From NCBI GenBank assembly GCA_046754465.1, contig JBHHVU010000038.1, forward strand, positions 1-31,570: a stretch of DNA of 31,570 nucleotides, in the 5' to 3' direction. A program made the position numbers and the translations under genes. Of the stretch, positions 17,424 to 25,947 are shown piece by piece. This DNA comes from Nitrospinaceae bacterium (GTDB lineage Bacteria > Nitrospinota > Nitrospinia > Nitrospinales > VA-1). Position 1 is the stretch's first letter; every line of letters begins with the position of its first letter. The notes beneath the pieces are model-generated. The model was not told where the DNA came from. It was given only the letters and a program-made list of their open reading frames with translations, and ran no database searches.

Positions 17424-17670
17424 CATAGGGAAGAAGCAGAGGTAGCGAAAAAGTTCGAACCCCTTTTGCCGACAAACTCAATCGAAAACCGAAATAATTG
17501 CCAGCCGATGGCGGCTCGGGAGCGAAGCGAACGTTTGCCGCGGGTTCGTTCCAGCCCGCAGGCTGGGGGAGGTTTGGCGAAAATGTTGGAACCGATCCTC
17601 GTTGACTTGCGCTCAAGAAATTCGGATTGCAAGAGGCGGTTGCAGCCAGTTGCCCCTCCCTGTAAGGGAG

Positions 17671-17743
17671 TGGGCCCACCAGGATTCGAACCTGGGACCT
17701 ACCGGTTATGAGCCGGGGGCTCTACCAACTGAGCTATAGGCCC
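17671..17743 (-). tRNA. tRNA with CAT anticodon, most likely tRNA-Ile2 (lysidine-modified); CCA not encoded
   Basis: GGGCCTATAGCTCAGTTGGTAGAGCCCCCGGCTCATAACCGGTAGGTCCCAGGTTCGAATCCTGGTGGGCCCA folds as a cloverleaf. G1-C72 is paired, so it is not the initiator. The position directly after rpoD matches E. coli ileX. Confidence 0.93.
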
Positions 17744-17750
17744 GGGATAG

Positions 17751-19520
17751 TTAACTTTCCACAAAGCTGCGGAGTTTTTTGCTTCGGCTGGGGTGCCGTA
17801 GCTTGCGCAACGCTTTCGCTTCGATTTGCCGGATGCGTTCCCGGGTGACCGCGAAATCCTGACCCACTTCTTCGAGCGTGTGCTCGGAATCCAGTCCGAT
17901 TCCAAAACGTTTTCTCAGGACTTTTTCCTCGCGGGTGGCCAGGGTGGCCAGAACCTTCAGGGTTTGATCCTTGAGGTTTTTCTTGACCACGGAATCGATC
18001 GGGGAAAGGACCTTCTTGTCTTCGATGAAATCCCCCAGGTGGCTGTTTTCTTCTTCCCCGATGGGGGTTTCGAGGGAAATGGGTTCCTTGGCGATTTTGA
18101 GGACTTTTCTTACCTTATCCACGGGCAAACTCATTTTTTCAGCGATCTCCTCGGGGCTGGGTTCCCGGCCCAGTTCCTGGACCAGGTGCCTGGAGACGCG
18201 GATCAGTTTGTTGATGGTTTCGATCATGTGCACGGGGATGCGAATCGTCCGCGCCTGGTCGGCGATGGCCCGGGTGATCGCCTGGCGAATCCACCACGTG
18301 GCGTAGGTGCTGAACTTGTAGCCCCGCCGGTATTCGAACTTGTCCACCGCCTTCATGAGGCCGATATTCCCCTCCTGGATCAGGTCGAGAAACTGGAGGC
18401 CCCGGTTGGTGTATTTTTTGGCGATGCTGACGACCAGCCGCAGGTTGGCCTCTGCCAGTTCGCGTTTGGCGGTTTTATCTTTCACCCGTCCCCGCGCTAT
18501 GGAGCGCACCGTGGCCAGCAGGTAGTCCTTGGAAGTGGAAGTTTCTTTTTCGATTTTCTTGATTTTTCTCCGCCCTCGCTGAACCATCTTGAGAAAGTTG
18601 TCGTATTGGGCGCGGGTGATCACTTTCCCGGAGGGCAGTTTCACGCTTTTTTGGCGGGCCCAGTTTTTCGCGAGCTTCTTGATTTCCGCGAGGGACAGCC
18701 CCAATTGTTTTTCCAGGTTGCGTTCCTCCCGGCCGGCGGCCCGGATTTGGGCGGCGATATCATAAATTTTCTCTATGATGCCGTCCATGACGTCCTGGGA
18801 CAAGTTGATGTCCGGAACGATCTGCTCCACGATTTTTTTCTGTTCTATTTTTTCTTGTTCCAGACGGGCGCGCACTTTTTCCGAGAGATTCGAAAGGGTC
18901 AAACGTTTTCGGATACGTTGCAGCTTCTGCTCTTGGATTTTGAGGTTCCGGATATTTTTAAGAAATTTCTTGGTTTCGTCCCGTTCCGACTCCTCTTTCT
19001 TATCTTCCGGCTCGGCGCTTTGAATGATCTCGAACACACTTATTTCGTTTCTCTTGATCTTTTCTCCAAGATCGAGAATCTCACTCACCGTGACCGAACA
19101 GTTTGCCACGGCGGAGATCACGTCGTTTTGGCCCGCTTCGATCCGTTTGGCGATTTCCACTTCGCCTTTCCGGGTCAGCAGGGAAATCGTCCCCATCTCG
19201 CGCAGATACATGCGGACGGGATCGTCGATCGTCACAGTATCGGTTTTGGTGACATGGTTGTCATCATCCGAGGCGGTTCCTTCCTTATCTTGATCCCCTT
19301 CTCTATCAGCGTTGAGTTTTTCCCCTTTCAAGGCCGTGTCGACGATGTCGATTTCGTTTTCTCCAAAAAGATGCATGAGATCATCAATTTGCTCAGGGGT
19401 GACGAGGTCCGAAGGCAACACATCGTTGACTTCTTCGTAGGTAAGATACCCCTTTTCCTTACCTTGAGAAATCAATTGGTTGATTTCGATCACATTATGA
19501 AGCTTTTCAATATTGGGCAT
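17751..19520 (-). CDS. rpoD: Primary RNA polymerase sigma factor
   Basis: Region 1.1; [59 protein letters not shown]. Confidence 0.98.
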   Translation of the reverse strand: MPNIEKLHNVIEINQLISQGKEKGYLTYEEVNDVLPSDLVTPEQIDDLMHLFGENEIDIVDTALKGEKLNADREGDQDKEGTASDDDNHVTKTDTVTIDDPVRMYLREMGTISLLTRKGEVEIAKRIEAGQNDVISAVANCSVTVSEILDLGEKIKRNEISVFEIIQSAEPEDKKEESERDETKKFLKNIRNLKIQEQKLQRIRKRLTLSNLSEKVRARLEQEKIEQKKIVEQIVPDINLSQDVMDGIIEKIYDIAAQIRAAGREERNLEKQLGLSLAEIKKLAKNWARQKSVKLPSGKVITRAQYDNFLKMVQRGRRKIKKIEKETSTSKDYLLATVRSIARGRVKDKTAKRELAEANLRLVVSIAKKYTNRGLQFLDLIQEGNIGLMKAVDKFEYRRGYKFSTYATWWIRQAITRAIADQARTIRIPVHMIETINKLIRVSRHLVQELGREPSPEEIAEKMSLPVDKVRKVLKIAKEPISLETPIGEEENSHLGDFIEDKKVLSPIDSVVKKNLKDQTLKVLATLATREEKVLRKRFGIGLDSEHTLEEVGQDFAVTRERIRQIEAKALRKLRHPSRSKKLRSFVES

Positions 19521-19579
19521 CGACGGGGTTTCTCCTAATTATCTGGATGATGAAGAAATGGTTTTGGTTTCTTTTTATT

Positions 19580-21361
19580 TTAATCGGGTATTAAAGAAAG
19601 TTGAATTTCCCTCAGACGGCTGTGTAATTCCCGGGAGCGTTCGGACTGCCCCGCCTTTTCCGCCTCATTCCGCTGTTTTTTGAGTTCCTTGATGGTTTCC
19701 CGCAGATTGTTTCGTTTCAGTTCCACGATACAATCAGCCGCGCCCTGGGCCCGGTCGTCGAACAGGATAGGCTGAACGCCCACGCGGGTCAGCAGCGCCT
19801 TGATTTCCGGGTCCTCCGTCCGGTCCAGCAAACGATCGACCTGGAGAGGTCGGCCCTCGTCCAGAAGAGCGTAAAACATCTCCATCACGCGCCTGATCCT
19901 GGGGTCCCGGAACTCCTCGACCGAAATTTGGCTCCGGATGTCCCGCGCCACCCGAAGGCTGGACAACATCAGGTGGATCAGATACAGGTCTGGTTTCTGC
20001 TTGTTCTGCGAATTCTCCATCGTGACGGGGAGGGACGATTGTTTCTGCCCGGTGGCCTTTCGCAATTCGCTCAACAATGCTTTGTCATCCACACCCAGTT
20101 TTTCCGAGAGATAACGGACCCATTCGGTGCGTTCGAGGTTATTTTTGATTTTGGATATCAACGGGAGCACTCGGTTGACCACTTCCATCCTGCCCCCGGG
20201 GGTTTCAATGTTTCCGTTTTGTACGGCTTTTTCCAGGTACGATTCCACAAAGGATTTCGCGTTCTCAATCAACTTCAAAAAAGGTTCCGGTCCGTTCTCC
20301 CGGATAAAGGAGTCGGGGTCGTGGCCGCCGGGCAGAATCACGATTTTGACGTTCATGCCATTTTCCAGAAGGAGTTCGAAACCCCTTTCCGCCGCGAGCT
20401 GCCCCGCCGGGTCCGAATCAAATACCAGGACGGCGTGGTTGGTATGATTTTTCAGGAGAGCGACCTGGGCGGGGGTCAACGCCGTTCCGCAGGTAGCCAC
20501 CACGTTGCGAATTCCCTTTTCCCGGGCGCGGATCTGGTCGAAATACCCTTCCACCAAAAGGACCTGGTTTTCCTTGCGGATAGCTTCCCGGGCGCCATGC
20601 AGGCCAAACAGTTGATTTCCCTTTTTATAAAGCAGGGTTTCCGGTGAGTTCAGATATTTGGGCCCGGCCTCGGCCTGGATCACCCTTCCGGCAAACCCGA
20701 TGATTTTCCCGTACATGTCTTTAAGCGGAAACACGATCCTTCCGCGAAACCGGTCATAATAATCCCGATCCGAGCCTCCTTCCTTTTTCTTGATCAACCC
20801 GGCATTTTCCAAATCCCGGCGGGTGCGGGAGGCACTTTTTCCCAGCGTGGTTGCCAAGTCATTCCAGCGAGCCGAGGCCCAACCGATCTGGTAATGCGCA
20901 AGGGTTTCCGGTTGGAAGCCCCTGGACCGAAGGTAATCCCGCGCTTTTTGGGCTTCTTGCGACCGGTTAAGCAGGGTCACGAAATATTCCGCTGCCAATA
21001 CATTCAAATTCAAGAGAATCTCGCGATTCCTTTGAATTTGGTTTGCCGGGCCTTCATGGGTGACCGAGGGAAGCTGGACGCGGGTCCGCCCAGCCAAATT
21101 TTTCACCGCATCCAGGAAGGGAATGTCCTGTGCGGCCATGAGAAACTTGAATACATTCCCCCCGGCGCCACATCCGAAACAGTAATAAATCTGTTTCTCC
21201 GGGCTGACTGTAAAGGAGGGGGTTTTTTCCGCGTGAAAGGGACAAAGCCCCTTATAATTTTTACCATTTTTCTTTAAAAGGACCGATTCCGAGACGATGT
21301 CCACGATATCGGCCCGGGATCGGATTTCCTCGATAATGTTTTCAGGGATACGATGTTTCAA
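19580..21361 (-). CDS. dnaG: DNA primase
   Basis: CPFHAEKTPSF...CFGC zinc finger; YYDRFRGR; KYLNSPET; VEGYFD; FDSDPAG; DPDS. Confidence 0.97.
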   Translation of the reverse strand: MKHRIPENIIEEIRSRADIVDIVSESVLLKKNGKNYKGLCPFHAEKTPSFTVSPEKQIYYCFGCGAGGNVFKFLMAAQDIPFLDAVKNLAGRTRVQLPSVTHEGPANQIQRNREILLNLNVLAAEYFVTLLNRSQEAQKARDYLRSRGFQPETLAHYQIGWASARWNDLATTLGKSASRTRRDLENAGLIKKKEGGSDRDYYDRFRGRIVFPLKDMYGKIIGFAGRVIQAEAGPKYLNSPETLLYKKGNQLFGLHGAREAIRKENQVLLVEGYFDQIRAREKGIRNVVATCGTALTPAQVALLKNHTNHAVLVFDSDPAGQLAAERGFELLLENGMNVKIVILPGGHDPDSFIRENGPEPFLKLIENAKSFVESYLEKAVQNGNIETPGGRMEVVNRVLPLISKIKNNLERTEWVRYLSEKLGVDDKALLSELRKATGQKQSSLPVTMENSQNKQKPDLYLIHLMLSSLRVARDIRSQISVEEFRDPRIRRVMEMFYALLDEGRPLQVDRLLDRTEDPEIKALLTRVGVQPILFDDRAQGAADCIVELKRNNLRETIKELKKQRNEAEKAGQSERSRELHSRLREIQLSLIPD

Positions 21362-21504
21362 TGTTTTAAAAGCAGGCCTACATCGCCCACGGGCTGGTAT
21401 TTGTGTTTCCCGGTGGGATGAATTTTTATTTTTCCCCGGGTTCCTCCCAACGGAGAAAATTTTTTTCTCCCTTGCTCTTAAAATGAATTCAATCCAGGGA
21501 AAAA

Positions 21505-21957
21505 CTACTGTTTTTGCACTAGATACTCGCTGACCAGGTTTTTGATCAATTGATTGTCCGCCTTGCCCTTGAATTCGGGAACCACGGTTTTCATGATCCT
21601 CCCCATTTCCCCGGTGCCATGGGCATCCAGTTCCTTTATGATTTCCTGGATCCGGCGCCGAAGATCCTCCTCGGGAACCTGTTCGGGCAAATAGGTTTGC
21701 AGAATTTCTATTTCCTGTTTTTCCTTTTGGCTCAGTTCCGGACGGTTCCCTTTGTCATACAAAGCTGCGGCTTCTTTGCGCTTTTTGACCTGACTGACGA
21801 CGATGGCCACGACCGCTGCGTCGTCAATTACTTTTTTTTGACGGATTTCCTGGTTTTTAATCTCGGAAATAAGGATGCGGATGGTGTTGAGCCGAACGGT
21901 ATCGCGCGCTTTTAGTGCTCCCTTTAGGTCGGAAAGGAGTTTTTCCTTTAAACTCAT
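21505..21957 (-). CDS. GatB/YqeY domain protein
   Basis: MSLKEKLLSDLKGALKARD...VKKRKEA...EIEILQTYLP...MGRIMK...GKAD. Confidence 0.93.
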   Translation of the reverse strand: MSLKEKLLSDLKGALKARDTVRLNTIRILISEIKNQEIRQKKVIDDAAVVAIVVSQVKKRKEAAALYDKGNRPELSQKEKQEIEILQTYLPEQVPEEDLRRRIQEIIKELDAHGTGEMGRIMKTVVPEFKGKADNQLIKNLVSEYLVQKQ

Positions 21958-21984
21958 GGTTTTATTTCATAAAGAAAACAAACG

Positions 21985-22013
21985 AATATAGTGACCAATC
22001 TCGGTTTTGTCAA
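21985..22013 (-). promoter_or_regulatory. sigma70 promoter of yqeY-dnaG-rpoD
   Basis: Minus strand TTGACA-17 nt-TATATT. Confidence 0.7.
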
Positions 22014-22290
22014 TACCCTGCAAGGATTTTATGGCCGATATCGCTTTCTTGCCTTATAAATTTATTAACTTATTAGAAAATAGTGGGTTATTTTAATATT
22101 GGCGGGTAAATGGGGGGTTGCCCCTGAAATCTTGATTCAATTTTGATTATATGACAAAAATTCCCATTTTTGTATGCATTTTTAGCATTTAATTTGAAAT
22201 TTGTTGATTTCCATCCCAAGGTTGTCTTGTGGATTGCATATTCTACATTGGCGGGTTTGCGTCCTTCAAAAAAAGACCCGCCTTCTGGTG

Positions 22291-22328
22291 AAAAAAAAAC
22301 CGGCTCTCCGGAAAGAGAACCGGTTTTT
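22291..22328. terminator. Intrinsic terminator (T9 on minus strand)
   Basis: A9-CCGGCTCTC-loop-GAGAACCGG-TTTTT. Confidence 0.75.
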
Positions 22329-22470
22329 CTTTTCCTTGAAGACTGCAAAACCGATCTGCCTTCGAAACCCAATCCGTATCCATAATTCCGTTCAAACGGA
22401 AATTAATAATTTATCCAGGAAAAAAGATTTTGGATTCCGAAGACAGACCGAATAATCGGAGAGGCTCCGA

Positions 22471-22863
22471 TTATTTGCAGTGAACTTTAATTTTCGAGGT
22501 GCCGCCGGTGCTGTTCACAATCCGGGCATCATCGATTTGAATCCCCTTGGTTTCATCCCAACCCCCCGCCAGGGGATAGTTGGATTCTAAAGCGTATTTC
22601 CTGGTTTCCTTGGGTTCCAACATGTCGTACGCATAGTTGGCGCCGTTACCCAGGATGACTTGAACTTCCGCCGGTTCATTACTCATGTTTTCCACCATGA
22701 AACTCTTATTGCAATACGTGGTGGTTCCCGGTTCCAAAACGGCTTCATCCCCGCTGAATTCTTCAACGAACCAGGCCGGCTCGTCGGCCGTGACAGCGGT
22801 GGTATTCAGGAAGAAAATGGTGAAAACCGCCAAGATCAAAAACAAACCTCTCCGATTTTTCAT
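22471..22863 (-). CDS. Small secreted hypothetical protein
   Basis: Signal peptide MKNRRGLFLILAVFTIFFLNTTAVTA-D; GGAGG SD; two Cys; beta-strand-rich. Confidence 0.85.
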   Translation of the reverse strand: MKNRRGLFLILAVFTIFFLNTTAVTADEPAWFVEEFSGDEAVLEPGTTTYCNKSFMVENMSNEPAEVQVILGNGANYAYDMLEPKETRKYALESNYPLAGGWDETKGIQIDDARIVNSTGGTSKIKVHCK

Positions 22864-23003
22864 TTTTCACCTCCAAAAAATTTTAACAATTTTTGGGGAA
22901 AATGTTTGTGACATGTCCCCTCCTGGGGCCGGGTTTTCAAATGGGCCAAAACCACGGCCCCTTTTCCTTGAATCGCTTGCGGTTTGGCTGTCAGAACCTA
23001 TAT

Positions 23004-23019
23004 TGCAACCTATATGCCG
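23004..23019 (-). promoter_or_regulatory. sigma54 (-24/-12) promoter
   Basis: Minus strand CGGCATATAGGTTGCA has GG-N10-GC spacing and matches YGGCAYNNNNNTTGCW. Confidence 0.78.
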
Positions 23020-23244
23020 AATTCCGGAAAATCCTTAATCCCCTTTAATTTTATAAGGTTAGATAAATTTCCGCGGGCGGGATGCTATGGGGAAAATGGC
23101 TATTATTCGCCGGGCCGTTGGGAAGGATTTAATAATTCTATCTGTTTCAATACGTTATATTTTGATGTGATATTTGAGCCCGGCGGGTTTTAGCCGGTAT
23201 GGCGAAATCCGGCGGGGTTCAGGGTTTAACTTCCGAGGGATATC

Positions 23245-24705
23245 ATGAAATATGATTTGGAATATGTTTTAGACAGTGCGTTGGATGGAATTTTCATCGT
23301 GGGCAGCGACCACCGGCTTGTCCTGTTCAATCGTGCCTGTCAGGAGCTTTACGGAATTTCCCGGGATGATTTTGTGGAGAAAGCAGTCCGGAAACTTTCG
23401 GATTTCAAGGCGGTGTGGAATGATAAGGCATTGAAAAAAAAGAAAAACATTACCTTCGGGGACATGGCGGTGAAAAAGGAAAGAATGACCCTCCCGCACA
23501 AAAACGGCAAGGTGGTCTGGGTGGAAACGATCTATACCCCTATTTATGACCGGAAAAACGGGGAGATCGCCTACGTGATGGGCGTGATCAAGGATATTAC
23601 CGAGCAGAAAATTCTGGAGGAAGAAAAGGAAAATTTGCTGGTCCAGCTTGGAAATCTTAGAAGAAACCTGGAGAAAAATTACAATTTTTCCCATATCGCC
23701 GGGCGCTCGGCGAATCTGGTCCAGACGATGAAGCTGGCCGGCCAAGTCGCCAAGCAAAACACAACGGTGCTGATTTCCGGTGAAAGCGGAACCGGTAAGG
23801 AGCTTCTGGCCAAGGCCATTCATTTCAACAGTCCACGGGCCGCGAAACCCTTCGTGCCCATCAACTGTTCGGCCTTTCCCGATACGCTGATTGAGAGCGA
23901 ACTTTTCGGTTATGAGAAGGGTGCGTTTACGGGTGCCGAAAAATCGAAGCCCGGCAAGGTTCAATTGGCCTCTGGGGGCACCCTTTTCCTGGATGAGGTC
24001 TCCGAATTGAGCGCTTCCGCCCAGGCCAAGATGCTTCGGGTTATCCAGGAACGCGAATTCCAACCCCTGGGAGGGGTGCGAAACGTGCGCGTGGACATTC
24101 GCATCATCGTCGCGACCAATAAGGATATTGAAAAACTCGTGGCCGAGGGAAAATTCCGGGAAGACCTGTATTACCGGCTTTATGTTTATCCCATCACCCT
24201 CCCCCCGCTGAGGGAAAGGTTGGAAGACCTGCCTTTGCTGATCGATACTTTCATAAAAAAAATGAACCGGGAAATGGGACGGCAGATTCGGGGCCTGACC
24301 CGGGAGGCAATAAACGTGCTTCGCGATTACCACTGGCCGGGCAATGTCCGCGAGCTTCAGAACGTGGTCGAACGGGTGATGATTCTTTCCCAAAAGGATG
24401 TGATCGATCTGGTGGACCTGCCTCAGTATCTAAGAAGGAAAAAATCCATCGAAGCCCCCGCCGCCGAAATGAATGGGATGGGGTCTCTGCCGGAAAAGTT
24501 TTCCCTGGAACAATTCGTCCAGAGGTGCGAAAACAGGATCATCGTCGACACTCTCAAAACCTGCGGATTCAATAAAACCCGGGCCGCGAGAAATCTTGGA
24601 CTCACCCGGTCGACCTTCCGATACAAACTTTCGAAGGTGCCCGGCGAAATGTTGAATGCGGTTTTGATGGTTAATACAGAAGATAATTCTGGCGAAGCTT
24701 CATGA
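23245..24705 (+). CDS. PAS-domain sigma54-dependent enhancer-binding protein (PAS-AAA+-Fis HTH)
   Basis: N-terminal PAS/PAC; GESGTGKE; ESELFGYEKGAFTGA; FLDEV; FREDLYYRL; WPGNVREL; NKTRAARNLGLTRSTFRYKL. Confidence 0.95.
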   Translation: MKYDLEYVLDSALDGIFIVGSDHRLVLFNRACQELYGISRDDFVEKAVRKLSDFKAVWNDKALKKKKNITFGDMAVKKERMTLPHKNGKVVWVETIYTPIYDRKNGEIAYVMGVIKDITEQKILEEEKENLLVQLGNLRRNLEKNYNFSHIAGRSANLVQTMKLAGQVAKQNTTVLISGESGTGKELLAKAIHFNSPRAAKPFVPINCSAFPDTLIESELFGYEKGAFTGAEKSKPGKVQLASGGTLFLDEVSELSASAQAKMLRVIQEREFQPLGGVRNVRVDIRIIVATNKDIEKLVAEGKFREDLYYRLYVYPITLPPLRERLEDLPLLIDTFIKKMNREMGRQIRGLTREAINVLRDYHWPGNVRELQNVVERVMILSQKDVIDLVDLPQYLRRKKSIEAPAAEMNGMGSLPEKFSLEQFVQRCENRIIVDTLKTCGFNKTRAARNLGLTRSTFRYKLSKVPGEMLNAVLMVNTEDNSGEAS

Positions 24706-25852
24706 AGACTTCCAGATCCTCTTTCCAGGATTCCTCTATCTCCCAAAGGGAATAGGGACCGTTCAAGAACCGTTCGCGCAGGTCCGAGTTTCCGTAAAGC
24801 AGGTCAATAGCGAACCGGTCGTTGACGAACTCATAGGGCTCCGTTCTCCAGGAAAATTTTTTGGGATAGAGCTCCTCCACGGCCCGGATGACGGCGATTC
24901 CCGTCAAAAAGGGCTTGAACCGGTTTCTGTCAACCAGGTGGACCTGCACCCCGCCGCAGGTCTCGCCCGACCATTTGTGGAACATGGGCCGGAAATATTG
25001 GGGGCGGAAGAAGACTCCCGGTAAATTTTCCTTCTTTAACCGGGCGGCCAATCGATGCGCGTCGATGTAAGGGGCGCCGATGAGCTCGAATGGAAGGGTG
25101 GTTCCTCGGCCTTCCGAAAGCCGCGTCCCCTCGATCAGGCACATCCCGGGATACACGCTGGCCGTGATTAACGTCGGCATGTTCGGGGAGGTCGGGATCC
25201 ATGGGAGGGTGGTCTCGTCGTACCAAAGACCGCGGTCCCAGCCGCGCATGGAGACCACGGTCAGGTCGCATTCTATACCAAAGCTTTCGTTGAACAGTTT
25301 CGCCAGCTCCCCGACGGTCATCCCGTGCCGGTTGGCGATGGGATATTTCCCCACAAACGACCGCCAGGCCTCTCCCACGATGTTCCCCTCCACGGTGACA
25401 CCGTTGATCGGATTGGGCCGGTCGCAAACGATCATGGGGATTCCCGTTTCGCGGCAAACCTGCATGCAGTTGGCCAGAGTGTAGATGAACGTATAGTAGC
25501 GCGACCCGATGTCCTGGATATCGAAGATCAGATTGTCGAGATCCGCCATTTGCACGGGATTGGGGAAAAGCGACGATTCCACATCCCCATACAGGCTCAT
25601 TACATTGAGCCCGGTGATGGGATCTTGATTGTCGTTCACCTTCACCATGTCCTGGTCGACGCCGTACAGGCCGTGTTCCGGGGCAAAAATTTTTTTCAGG
25701 TTGAACCAGTTGTGGGAATGAAAATGGGTGATCGAATGCCGGTGGTCGCCGGCCAGGCTGGTCTGGTTGACCACCAGGCCGATGTTCTGGCCCGAAAGGT
25801 ACCGTTCAGGGTCCGAAAGAAGTATGTCGAGTCCGGTAACGATTCGGTTCAC
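24671..25852 (-). CDS. namZ: DUF1343 exo-beta-N-acetylmuramidase NamZ family
   Basis: GLVVNQTS, FAPEHG, FDIQDIGSRYYT, DRPNPI, RHGMTVGELA, SPNMP, SEGRGTTLPFE. Confidence 0.9.
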   Translation of the reverse strand: MNRIVTGLDILLSDPERYLSGQNIGLVVNQTSLAGDHRHSITHFHSHNWFNLKKIFAPEHGLYGVDQDMVKVNDNQDPITGLNVMSLYGDVESSLFPNPVQMADLDNLIFDIQDIGSRYYTFIYTLANCMQVCRETGIPMIVCDRPNPINGVTVEGNIVGEAWRSFVGKYPIANRHGMTVGELAKLFNESFGIECDLTVVSMRGWDRGLWYDETTLPWIPTSPNMPTLITASVYPGMCLIEGTRLSEGRGTTLPFELIGAPYIDAHRLAARLKKENLPGVFFRPQYFRPMFHKWSGETCGGVQVHLVDRNRFKPFLTGIAVIRAVEELYPKKFSWRTEPYEFVNDRFAIDLLYGNSDLRERFLNGPYSLWEIEESWKEDLEVFMKLRQNYLLY

Positions 25853-25947
25853 GGGGCGGGTGAGTCCTCATGGATGGGGATGCCCACCGACCCGGAGACG
25901 GCGGATATCCCGGAAAAGTTTTGTGGAACAGGGGGCCGGATAAAGGA

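Noticed and set aside
15440..17670. attL/attR duplication of the tRNA 3' end
   Set aside because: No copy of TGGGCCCACCAGGATTCGAACC was found; only a short GTTCGAACC match
17671..17743. Initiator tRNA-fMet
   Set aside because: The 1-72 pair is matched and the anticodon stem lacks the three consecutive G-C pairs. Elongator Met cannot be fully excluded, but Ile2 is more likely.
17826..19538. 570-aa ORF antisense to rpoD, and similar long antisense ORFs over groEL, the bEBP, dnaG and glgC
   Set aside because: Shadow frames of GC-biased conserved genes with no recognisable motifs
22088..22455. Short ORFs in the yqeY upstream intergenic region
   Set aside because: They cross terminator hairpins, lack an SD and recognisable motifs, and are not rpsU
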